A DNA stretch of 32,000 nt from Candidatus Saccharimonadota bacterium (GCA_023898425.1 CP060222.1:990001-1022000); one strand, 5' to 3'; counted from the first letter of the stretch, positions 8,522 to 16,466 are shown. Translations and numbers: made by a program. The notes: generated from the sequence alone by a model not told the origin.

Positions 8522-8582
8522 CCCTCTCTAAACTAGAGAGGGACGACCACGTAACAACAAGCAATGCTTGCGTTACGTGGTC
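8522..8582 (-). other. Two adjacent strong hairpins between the two minus-strand secreted-protein genes
   Basis: First: ccctctcta/tagagaggg (9 bp, 8522-8542). Second: gaccacgtaac...gttacgtggtc (11 bp, 8545-8582), extended by inner caagca/tgcttg. No U run follows on the minus strand, so this is not a classical terminator. Confidence 0.45.
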
Positions 8583-8590
8583 AGGGTGAG

Positions 8591-9172
8591 TCACTGCGCA
8601 GCCCTTGCGGCTGCACGTTGTTCGCCACGAGTCACAAGCTCGGCTTCGAGCTCCTCTTCGCTCATGCCAGCTCGCGTTTGCGAAGCCGGAGGCAAGTTTG
8701 GAACCTGTGGTCCGTACAGCACCGCTTGGCGCTGCATGCTGTAGTTGGCGGTCATGCCATTGAAGTATCCGCTGGTGTACAACGGCATGAATTGCCCAAA
8801 GGGCATCATGCCGAATTGTGACCCATTCAGCGCACCGGCGCGGAGTGTGCACGCGTCCATGATTTGGACCTGCGAGTAGCGGCAACCGGTAACACCGGCT
8901 TCGCAAATCGCAAGACCTGCGTCATTGTCAGCTGTGAAGCTGACAACGCATTGGTTGTAGCCTCGGGTTTCAACCGTGGCATATTGCCGTTGGTTAGAGA
9001 CCGTGTGGCAATTCCCAGCCACACAGACCTGTCGCGTGCTGCTGCGTCCGTACGGGCTTCGTACATTGCTGCTAGCGGCGTTGTAGCAGCCCTGCATCGT
9101 GAAGATGAAGAGCGCCGCCAAGGCGACGAAGCCAAAGAACCTAATGAAACCGTTCAACGTTAGCTTTTCCAT
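8591..9172 (-). CDS. Cys-rich lipoprotein, unknown function
   Basis: 193 aa. MEKLTLNGFIRFFGFVALAALFIFTMQGC is a signal peptide plus lipobox. RBS aaaggaga lies upstream. Eight Cys residues and a charged C-terminal tail. Intact frame in GC-rich DNA. Confidence 0.7.
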   Translation of the reverse strand: MEKLTLNGFIRFFGFVALAALFIFTMQGCYNAASSNVRSPYGRSSTRQVCVAGNCHTVSNQRQYATVETRGYNQCVVSFTADNDAGLAICEAGVTGCRYSQVQIMDACTLRAGALNGSQFGMMPFGQFMPLYTSGYFNGMTANYSMQRQAVLYGPQVPNLPPASQTRAGMSEEELEAELVTRGEQRAAARAAQ

Positions 9173-9284
9173 GAGTTCTCCTTTGCTAGGTTTTTTGCTT
9201 AAACTAGCGAAATTTGTCTTTTGTTGTCGAAGGTGTCGACAGGGTGATGAAAAGATACCGTATCTCTCTCACTCCTGACCCTCT

Positions 9285-9313
9285 AATATACCAAAAATAG
9301 TGACTTTTGTCAA
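9285..9313 (-). promoter_or_regulatory. Sigma70-type promoter TTGACA-N17-TATATT for the 9172 lipoprotein gene
   Basis: The minus strand reads ttgacaaaagtcactatttttggtatatt (-35 at 9313-9308, -10 at 9290-9285). Confidence 0.6.
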
Positions 9314-9347
9314 TGAATAACGCAACATTTATTCTGTCTCGTTTTAC

Positions 9348-9376
9348 TTGACAAAACAGTCATTTTATCGTATATT
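9348..9376 (+). promoter_or_regulatory. Sigma70-type promoter TTGACA-N17-TATATT for the LysM/SLT genes
   Basis: ttgacaaaacagtcattttatcgtatatt (-35 at 9348-9353, -10 at 9371-9376), about 95 nt upstream of ATG 9473. Confidence 0.6.
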
Positions 9377-9472
9377 TGCGTGTTCTCGGCAAGCTGCCGG
9401 GGATACCATCGTAACTTCACAACTTAACAAAAAATAGTGAAGTTTTCACGTCAATCAAGCCAAGGAGGCACA

Positions 9473-10390
9473 ATGGCTAAAGGCAAGGGTAAGAATAGTG
9501 GCTTGAGTGAATTCCGCAAGGACACGCTCGAGCTCATGGTCGAGTTTCTCGCCAGAAAATTTGGCGTGAATCTTTTGACCGTGATGCCTGCGTCACTCAA
9601 GGATCAGCTCCTTAGGCTCCTCGGTGGGCCTGATGGAGAGATCACTGAGCAGCAGATCTACTACTTCTCGATGATCCCCAAGTTTTTGTTCAGCGGTACG
9701 CTGAGCGAAGAGGCGGGACAAAGCTTTGTAAAAAGCTTTGGTGAGTCCTTGCGTGCGTATGGTCAAAATCCAAACGCGGATCGTGATGCTCGCCGCATGG
9801 ACATCCAACGCTTCTTGAACGAAGCGATCGTTGCTAGTGAGGCAAAACGGCCCACGAGCATCATCAGCAAAGCGAACCTCTTTGAGAGGATCGCAAACTT
9901 GCCATCGAGCGATAGCGCTTACATGGTACGTATGCTCATCTCACTTCAACAAGGGGGAGCACACAAGCTCAGTATGAACAGTTCTACGACGCCGCCAAAA
10001 AGTTGGTTGTCGAAGAGCAGCATCTGTTTCTTGTCATTCAGTATTTGAAGAATGGCAAGCAGGACATGGCCTACAAGGAGCTTGTCCGTGTCTTGAAAGA
10101 TGCGGCTCTGGTGAATCCTCCTGAGAAGCCAAAGAAGCCGAACTGTATGGAACGGCTTAAAGGCTCGTGCAGAAGAAGAGCTGGATAAGCTCAGCTTGGA
10201 CCATGGTCGAGATATTATCGACTATGTCGTTCAGCCAGGAGATACTATCGATTCAATTGCGAGTCAGTATCAGATTGAAGAGCATACGGTTCGTAACATG
10301 AATCACCTGAAACAGGGTGATCAGCCAGCGGTTGGTGCAACACTTCGTGTCGTACAGGGACCATTTTACGGATCCAATTCGACAAGCTGA
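9473..10390 (+). pseudogene. LysM-domain protein, split over three ORFs by two compensating frame changes
   Basis: RBS aaggagg plus ATG 9473 (MAKGKGKNSG...). The frame changes near the G5 run at 9953-9957 into ...STQAQYEQFYDAAKKLVVEEQHLFLVIQYLKNGKQDMAYKELVRVLKDAALVNPPEKPKKP. It returns to the original frame near 10140 as ...LKARAEEELDKLSLDHGRDIIDYVVQPGDTIDSIASQYQIEEHTVRNMNHLKQGDQPAVGATLRVV, which is a LysM motif. Confidence 0.55.
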
Positions 10391-10453
10391 AAAACTCACG
10401 GCCAGTCTCCTTAGGCGACTCGGCTAAACCACACTTCAACATTGGAGAACATC

Positions 10454-12700
10454 ATGAACGAAAGACTGAAAGCGCGCTTTGAGGACATTAGCCTAGCGGC
10501 TCTATCCTTTCTCGGGATCTTCTTAGGACTCAAAGCCTACATGGCAGAGTTCAAGGTTCTGACGGGGCTTGCAAGTGCCACGGGGAGAATGAGTGTTCGC
10601 ACAGTTGTGCGTTTGCTCAACTACAACGGTGTCGCCATGTTGCGACCCTTGTACACCTTCATCATCCTCACACAGCTTTTTGCTGATGGTTGTGGGTGTA
10701 TTGCCGCTCGTGTGCTTGTCATACGAGTTGATGTCAGCGCTGATCATTGTGCCCAGCACCTTGATGCTGATTTGGCTCGTGTGGCGCAGACTACGGCTCC
10801 GAAACGTTGTGCCTTTAGCTCAAGCGAGCTCAATGCCCTTCTTGATTCGGATGCGATGATTGTGAACTTCGGTCATGGTGATCGATTTTCTGTCGTTGAT
10901 TTGGTGACTTTCCCATTGGCTCTTATCGGTCAGGGATTGCTCCTTATCGTGATCGCCTTCTTAACGGGAGCGATTTACGGTACATCGGTGGCATTTATCT
11001 GGTCGGTCATGGCCGTCGGCATCATCACGTACGTTTTTGGCGTGTCGTTGTTGAGGCTCACCGTTGGCACTATCGGCGTATTTGTCGTAGCGCCCAGCAA
11101 GTGGGTTGAAACAGCGTCTGGTAGAATCGCGCGTGCGATTCTTGATCCGGTCCTGCCGGGGATCACGGCAGCCAATGTCGGGGATCTCTTGCCGGGTAGC
11201 TTGGTGGATAAGCTCAAAATGCTTTTCACCAGGTTGGACGACGGGATGAAACTCATGGACCAGTTTGCTGCTCCGATCATTATGATCTTGGCAGCAACTC
11301 TGAATCTGCCGGTCGCAGGATTGTGTATTGCTGGCCTGTTGATCTTTGGGATCTACCAAAATACCAAGCTACGTAAAGGCGGAACGTTTGCTGCAGAAGC
11401 AAAGAAGAGCATCAACGAAGGAGAGCGTTTTGTCTACGCCCTCTCGGTATTCTTCTATGTGTTGCACATCATCGGGCTCTTTGTCTTTGGTTTGCATACG
11501 CGACCAAGCGTAGGCATCCTTGGTGGGTCGCTCATGAACGTGTTGCAATTCGCGACAAGCGGATTGCTCATCAGCGCCGCTTCGGTTTTTGTCCTGATAA
11601 AGGTCAAGAATTGGGGCTTTGCTGCGCACAAGGGGCTTGAGCTTACGCTTCCGCAAATCGCGGGGGTCATTGCTCTCGTTCTATTGTTCGCGGTATCTGG
11701 CATTGGTGTCGCTAACGCGACCGGTATGGAGATCCGTCCTGTGGCTTCATATTTTGACAGGTATGAACATCCTCCAGGAGAGGCGCTTCATTGTCTCAAT
11801 GGGATCAAGGATCATGGAGAAAGCTCTACGGACCATGGTCCAGGCTGTGGGCCCGCTCGACAAGGGGGTGACGAAGCCTCTCGTCGGATTGCGGCAGATT
11901 TGCCGGTCGAGTTTGCTCCGGTTCCTGGCGGCACGATCTTTCAAAGAGCGTGGTGCTGGGCATTTAAGAGCTCAGATTCTTGTGTTGGAGCAGCGGTGGA
12001 GAGTCCTCGTCAACAGCGGGGATTTCATCCAGCGCCTTCATCCGCACCTGAGCAAGCACCCGCTCCAATACAACGGACTCCTTCGGGGCCAATGTACGCG
12101 TCGCTTGATGCGAATGTTGCTTCGGGTGGGCTTCCGCCGTCACCGTACAACGAGATCATCGTGAGAGCGAGTGAGCGCCATGGCGTTGACAAGCTCTTGA
12201 TCTGGACGGTAGCAAAGCATGAGTCCGGCTTTGATCCCAACATTGTTGGGGGGAGTGGAGAAGTCGGTCTCATGCAGCTTATGCCTGGTACGGCACGCGG
12301 GCTAGGTGTTCATGATCGTCATGATCCTGAACAAAACATCATGGGTGGTACGCTCTATCTCCGGAATAATCTGGATGCGTGCCATCAAGACGTTCGTTGT
12401 GCTTTGGCTCGCTATAATGGCGGACGTAATGGAATGCATTCACCACATGCTCAACGATACGCTCGTCGTGTCATGAGAAAGTATCAAGCACTCCGTACAG
12501 GTACGGCTCGTGATTATGAGCCGGCACCATCTCGACGTCATCGCGCTCCGCGAATCGAGTCTTCGGATTCGGTTCTCGTCGAGCGTGAGACCACGCGTGA
12601 TTCGTCGCGTGTGACGATGGCTCGTCTTGACGACAGCGTCTGTGATGAGTTCTCCCAGTTCTTTCTCGAGCGTATGCGATCGCAAGGTCGCTGTCGCTAA
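10454..12700 (+). CDS. Polytopic membrane protein with C-terminal soluble-lytic-transglycosylase (SLT, GH23) domain
   Basis: I prefer ATG at 10454 (RBS ggagaa); the track start 10442 is a TTG. About 430 aa of multiple hydrophobic helices are followed by a Pro/Ser linker. The SLT signature is LLIWTVAKHESGFDPNIVGGSGEVGLMQLMPGTARGLG...LARYNGG. Confidence 0.8.
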   Translation: MNERLKARFEDISLAALSFLGIFLGLKAYMAEFKVLTGLASATGRMSVRTVVRLLNYNGVAMLRPLYTFIILTQLFADGCGCIAARVLVIRVDVSADHCAQHLDADLARVAQTTAPKRCAFSSSELNALLDSDAMIVNFGHGDRFSVVDLVTFPLALIGQGLLLIVIAFLTGAIYGTSVAFIWSVMAVGIITYVFGVSLLRLTVGTIGVFVVAPSKWVETASGRIARAILDPVLPGITAANVGDLLPGSLVDKLKMLFTRLDDGMKLMDQFAAPIIMILAATLNLPVAGLCIAGLLIFGIYQNTKLRKGGTFAAEAKKSINEGERFVYALSVFFYVLHIIGLFVFGLHTRPSVGILGGSLMNVLQFATSGLLISAASVFVLIKVKNWGFAAHKGLELTLPQIAGVIALVLLFAVSGIGVANATGMEIRPVASYFDRYEHPPGEALHCLNGIKDHGESSTDHGPGCGPARQGGDEASRRIAADLPVEFAPVPGGTIFQRAWCWAFKSSDSCVGAAVESPRQQRGFHPAPSSAPEQAPAPIQRTPSGPMYASLDANVASGGLPPSPYNEIIVRASERHGVDKLLIWTVAKHESGFDPNIVGGSGEVGLMQLMPGTARGLGVHDRHDPEQNIMGGTLYLRNNLDACHQDVRCALARYNGGRNGMHSPHAQRYARRVMRKYQALRTGTARDYEPAPSRRHRAPRIESSDSVLVERETTRDSSRVTMARLDDSVCDEFSQFFLERMRSQGRCR

Positions 12701-12725
12701 CATCCCCTAAGGGATAACTGAAATG

Positions 12726-12753
12726 AGCCCCCGATAGCTATCGGGGGCTTTTT
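12726..12753 (+). terminator. Rho-independent terminator at the right end of the GC-rich island
   Basis: agcccccgata/tatcgggggct 11-bp stem followed by ttttt. Confidence 0.8.
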
Positions 12754-12772
12754 CATTTGGTGTTTTTAGGTC

Positions 12773-14340
12773 ATGATGATCACGATTCGTATGCAAAAGA
12801 TTTTTTCTCTCTTTCAAAAAACGTGGATGCGCTGGCTTTTGTTTTTATCGGTTCTTTTGGCTTGGTTCATTGGTTTTCAGCCATGGGGCAGCTTTTCTGA
12901 TCCCGATGCGTTTTACCATTCAACCATGGCGGCGATCATGTTGAAGCAAGGATTGATTCAAGATTTTTATTGGTTGGATCTGACTTCTTTTGCACACCCA
13001 TTTTTTAATCAGCACTTTCTCTTTCATATAGCATTGGTTCCTTTTGTCGCAGTTTTTGGTGCATTGTTAGGTGGTCAAATTGCAGCCGTCTGTTTTGCGA
13101 TACTTTTTTGTCTCGTCTTTGCTTGGTGCTTAAAAAAACTACAATCACCAGCACCGCTCTTTTGGACCTTGGTCATGGCGACCATGCCTGCGATGACGGC
13201 GCGTCTCTCATATGGTAAGGCCTCACCTTTTGCTGTTGGGTTATTTATTTTGGGTGTTACGGCATTGATTTCTCGTTCGAGATGGCTTGGATTTTTTAGC
13301 ATGATGTTGTTTGTTTTATCGCATGCGGGTTGGCCATTGCTAATCTTGGCGCAAGGCGCACTTCTTGTGGGTCACGCTTTGTATTTATGTGCTGTTGATT
13401 CGGTGCCTTTTTGGCGAGTGTTTTGCGACAAAGAATGGCTTAGTGAGGTCGCGCTCTTTTTTACAACGCTATTAGGGGCGATTGTTGGTATTGCGTTACA
13501 TCCGTACCGGGCTGAGCTCTTTGTCTTTTTAAAGGTGCAGCTTTTTCAGATTGGTATCGCGACGCCTTATGATCGCGTGATTATGGGTAATGAATGGTAT
13601 GGTATTTCTCCGCTTACGGCTATTGCTTGGTATTATGTATTACTAGTGTGTTTCGGGTTTTTGCTTTTGGTCTTCTTGTTGCTAGAAGGGCTGCTAACCG
13701 TCAGGCGATGCGCTATGTGATTATGCTAGCGGTCCCTACGATATTTCTATTAGCACTTAATTTAAAGAGTGCACGTTTTGTAGAATACTCTGCACCTTTA
13801 CTTGTTTTATTGATGGCGCAACTCTTTCATCTTATCGATGTGAAAAAAACATGGCGTGAACTACAAAAGACCATGCGACCACGGTATGCCTATACTTTTG
13901 CTATCACGCTCGTAAGTATTTTCGGGTATCAATCCGTAGATCTTTTCTGGACATCTCACTCGCAAAACAAGTCTTTTCATTATTATGCTGGTGCAATGAG
14001 TGTTATTAAAAACGAGCTACAACCGGGTGATCGACTATTTCATTCGGATTGGTCACATATGCCAATACTGTGGGCAGAGAATCAAGACATTCGTTATGTC
14101 GCGGGTTTAGATCCAACATTTTTACTTACAAAAAATCCTGAACTTTCTGATCGGTATACTGAGCTTACCCTTGGTCGTGCGACGAGCACTGCTTATGAAG
14201 TCATCGCTATTGAGACGCAATCAAAAGCCGTCTTTGTTGATCGAGCACGCGGTACCGCTTTTGAATCCGCCCTTAAAGCCGACCAACGATTTGAGCTTTT
14301 GTATGAGGATGATCGTGCCGCCGTCTATCGTGTTCACTAA
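12773..14340 (+). pseudogene. Polytopic membrane protein, putative GT-C-type glycosyltransferase, read in two overlapping frames
   Basis: Track ORFs 12773..13720 and 13594..14340 overlap in different frames. The hydrophobic helix ...AWYYVLLVCFGFLLLVFLLL continues naturally as ARRAANRQAMRYVIMLAVPTIFLL, implying one frame change near 13680. The first-loop motif DPDAFYH resembles the acidic loop of GT-C enzymes; that family assignment is only an inference. Confidence 0.5.
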
Positions 14341-14438
14341 TGAAAAAAAGTTATCCACTGCTCACGTTTGACGTTCTTCCGTAATCCCCGTAAGAAATAG
14401 ACATGAACCGAGTACCTTCCGTTCTATACAGCTAACCG

Positions 14439-14496
14439 TTCTCGCGAATTGTCATCTGACTCTCGCGAGAAACTTCTCAACGGTTTGTCGCGAGAG
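14439..14496 (+). other. Three TCGCGA-core palindromes, nested in an aaccgtt/aacggtt stem
   Basis: ttctcgcgaa (14439-48), tctcgcgaga (14461-70, a perfect 10-bp palindrome) and gtcgcgagag (14487-96). The outer 7-bp pairing is 14434-40 with 14479-85. Confidence 0.4.
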
Positions 14497-14520
14497 CCAG
14501 AGGATAATATCCTCGAAAAA

Positions 14521-14556
14521 ATCTCCGGTCCCATGCTTGCCGGAGATTTTTTATTT
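14521..14556. terminator. Bidirectional terminator between convergent genes
   Basis: atctccgg/ccggagat 8-bp stem, with an A run 5' and a long T run 3'. Confidence 0.7.
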
Positions 14557-14571
14557 ACTTTTTTGTTAGCT

Positions 14572-14694
14572 TGTCGCCCGTCACCCCGAGCAACCGGAGC
14601 ACTAGCGCAGGGCGTCGAGGGGTCACGTAGCCCCTGAGCGACCTCTCCACTCCCTCGTCAGACTCGGTCGGTCGAGGTGACGATAGGAAAGACA
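14572..14694. other. GC-rich multi-stem structured element (possible small RNA or 3'UTR structure)
   Basis: The closing stem is cgtcacc (14579-85) with ggtgacg (14676-82). An inner hairpin gtcg-agggg/cccct-cgac lies at 14613-41. The element is markedly GC-rich against AT-rich flanks, and the 62-aa track ORF here is not convincing. Confidence 0.35.
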
Positions 14695-14710
14695 CAGGGG
14701 AGGTTAAAGT

Positions 14711-14917
14711 TCAGTCTTTCAGTAATTCTTCAAGTGTTGGTTCGCCCCAGAGGTTAAATTCTCGAAGGCTATTATCGATAAGATCTTCAGCTTCGTCGAT
14801 GTCCATCATTTCGTCGATGATGAGCTTATTAATCATTTCAGCGCGGCATTCTGCCTTCGGTCTTACGTCGCCGTCTTCTTTAAAGCACATGGCTTTAAGC
14901 TGTTCTTTGGTCATCAT
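14711..14917 (-). CDS. Small acidic hypothetical protein (68 aa)
   Basis: Intact ORF MMTKEQLKAMCFKEDGDVRPKAECRAEMINKLIIDEMMDIDEAEDLIDNSLREF.... I recognise no family. Confidence 0.4.
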   Translation of the reverse strand: MMTKEQLKAMCFKEDGDVRPKAECRAEMINKLIIDEMMDIDEAEDLIDNSLREFNLWGEPTLEELLKD

Positions 14918-14983
14918 ATATCGGTAGGGTAGTCGCGAAGTACCAAGATAGGCAAGTCGGCTGGTTGGTGATAGGGTTTTGGT

Positions 14984-16159
14984 ATGAAGAATGCTCTTCG
15001 GTATCTCTTATTGGCATTACCTATTATATTGCCGACGTATCTCCTTCGATTTAAGATCGGTCCTTTGCCGACAACCGTTTTAGAAATTGTTGTTTTAGTG
15101 ATTATTGGGTTGTTTACCGTTACATACAAAGGCCAAGGATATAAAGATGCGTGGACAGCACTAAAAACATTTCGACTTCCGCTTATAGCTTTTACGTTTT
15201 TTTCATTGGCTGCGGTTTTTTGGTCGCCGGTACTGGTGCAGGGGTTAGGATTATGGCGGGCTTATGTTTTAGAGCCGATGCTCTTGCTAATGGTTTTTGT
15301 TGTAAGCATTGGTCGTGATGTACGCCGTGAAGAGATAGAACGATCTTTATACGTGAGCGTTTTGCTCCTTGCGATGTGGGGAGTTGTTGAATATCTTTTT
15401 GGGGTAGGTATCCCAAGTCCTTGGAATGTAGCGATAAGTGAAGGTCGTCGAGCGACGGGGCCATTTCCTTATCCAAATGCCTTAGCCTTAGCAGTGGTAC
15501 CAATTGGTGCGTATGGGTTATCACGTTTTATCTCATCACGTGATCGTTTAGGGTTTATCACTTTTGTGATGGCGCTTATCGCTTCGTTTGTTGCACGAAG
15601 TGATGGGGGATTCATTGCGCTCGCGGCTGTGCTTTGGTTGGCGCTCGTTTCAATCAAGCGCCTTCGTTGGCCTGTAATTGTTGTGACTATTATAGGATTG
15701 GCTGTTGGTTTTGGTGTCTCAGAGATTCGTGAACCTGTTCTAAAAGAACTACGTTTAGAAAACTGGTCTGGGTATGTACGTAAAAAAATGTGGCAGGACA
15801 CAACAGTTCTGCTCAAGGATCACCCGATAAAAGGCGCAGGTATGGCGGGATATCCTACGGTGTTTAAGCCGTATCAAACCACAACGGGTATTGAAGTCTT
15901 TCAGTATCCACACAATATCATCCTAAATTTTTGGGTAGAGACAGGTCTCGCTGGGCTCTTGGCTTTTTTCTGGATTGTTTTTGCTTGGCTCAAAAAGAAA
16001 GAGGCAATGCTATTGCCTCTTGTCGCGCTACTCATTCATGGTCTGGTAGATGTGCCGTATTTTAAGAATGACTTAGCGATTGTCTTTTTTCTTTTGCTAG
16101 CACTTTGTGCAATTACGCAAAGTGCTTCTTCGCGTACGTCTCAAGGGCAAGTAAAATAG
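14984..16159 (+). CDS. O-antigen ligase / polymerase family (Wzy_C-like) membrane protein
   Basis: 391 aa and polytopic. FQYPHNIILNFWVETGLAGLLAFFWIVF matches the H-N-x-x-L...E-x-G signature of the Wzy_C family. Confidence 0.65.
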   Translation: MKNALRYLLLALPIILPTYLLRFKIGPLPTTVLEIVVLVIIGLFTVTYKGQGYKDAWTALKTFRLPLIAFTFFSLAAVFWSPVLVQGLGLWRAYVLEPMLLLMVFVVSIGRDVRREEIERSLYVSVLLLAMWGVVEYLFGVGIPSPWNVAISEGRRATGPFPYPNALALAVVPIGAYGLSRFISSRDRLGFITFVMALIASFVARSDGGFIALAAVLWLALVSIKRLRWPVIVVTIIGLAVGFGVSEIREPVLKELRLENWSGYVRKKMWQDTTVLLKDHPIKGAGMAGYPTVFKPYQTTTGIEVFQYPHNIILNFWVETGLAGLLAFFWIVFAWLKKKEAMLLPLVALLIHGLVDVPYFKNDLAIVFFLLLALCAITQSASSRTSQGQVK

Positions 16160-16433
16160 GAAGAATTTCTTCGCCTTTATCTGTAAGTTGATAGCAAACG
16201 GAATTCTTATCGATGGTTTCTGTTTGGCGTTCAATCAAATCTAGCTTTTCCATCTTTTTTAAACGAGAGGTAAGTGTGACAGGGTTTACATTATTTAATT
16301 TGCGTTGCAATGCACAAAAACGTTGGCCACCATCTGAGAGATTACGAATAATGAGGAGCGTCCAAGCGTCTCCTAAGAGCTTGAATCCTTCTTGAAAACA
16401 TTTTGGAGGTTGAAAAGGGTTTGCTTGACGCAT
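16113..16433 (-). CDS. HxlR-family winged-helix transcriptional regulator
   Basis: 106 aa: ...GFKLLGDAWTLLIIRNLSDGGQRFCALQRKLNNVNPVTLTSRLKKMEKLDLIERQ.... It is divergent from a nitroreductase gene. Confidence 0.8.
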   Translation of the reverse strand: MRQANPFQPPKCFQEGFKLLGDAWTLLIIRNLSDGGQRFCALQRKLNNVNPVTLTSRLKKMEKLDLIERQTETIDKNSVCYQLTDKGEEILPILLALETYAKKHFA

Positions 16434-16466
16434 AAAGAAAAAGAAGTTACTATAGATTTTATAGCG

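Noticed and set aside
14449-14637. 62-aa ORF across the structured intergenic region
   Set aside because: It spans the bidirectional terminator and its T run. Hairpins and palindromes explain the sequence better than coding does.
14655-14670. CUGACGAG on the minus strand of the GC-rich element as a hammerhead ribozyme core
   Set aside because: The required GAAA core element after stem II is absent, as is a suitable cleavage-site helix. I also found no match to the twister consensus.
14914-15129. 71-aa minus-strand ORF
   Set aside because: It lies antisense to the start of the O-antigen-ligase-like gene (14984..16159). It is basic and low-complexity and has no RBS.
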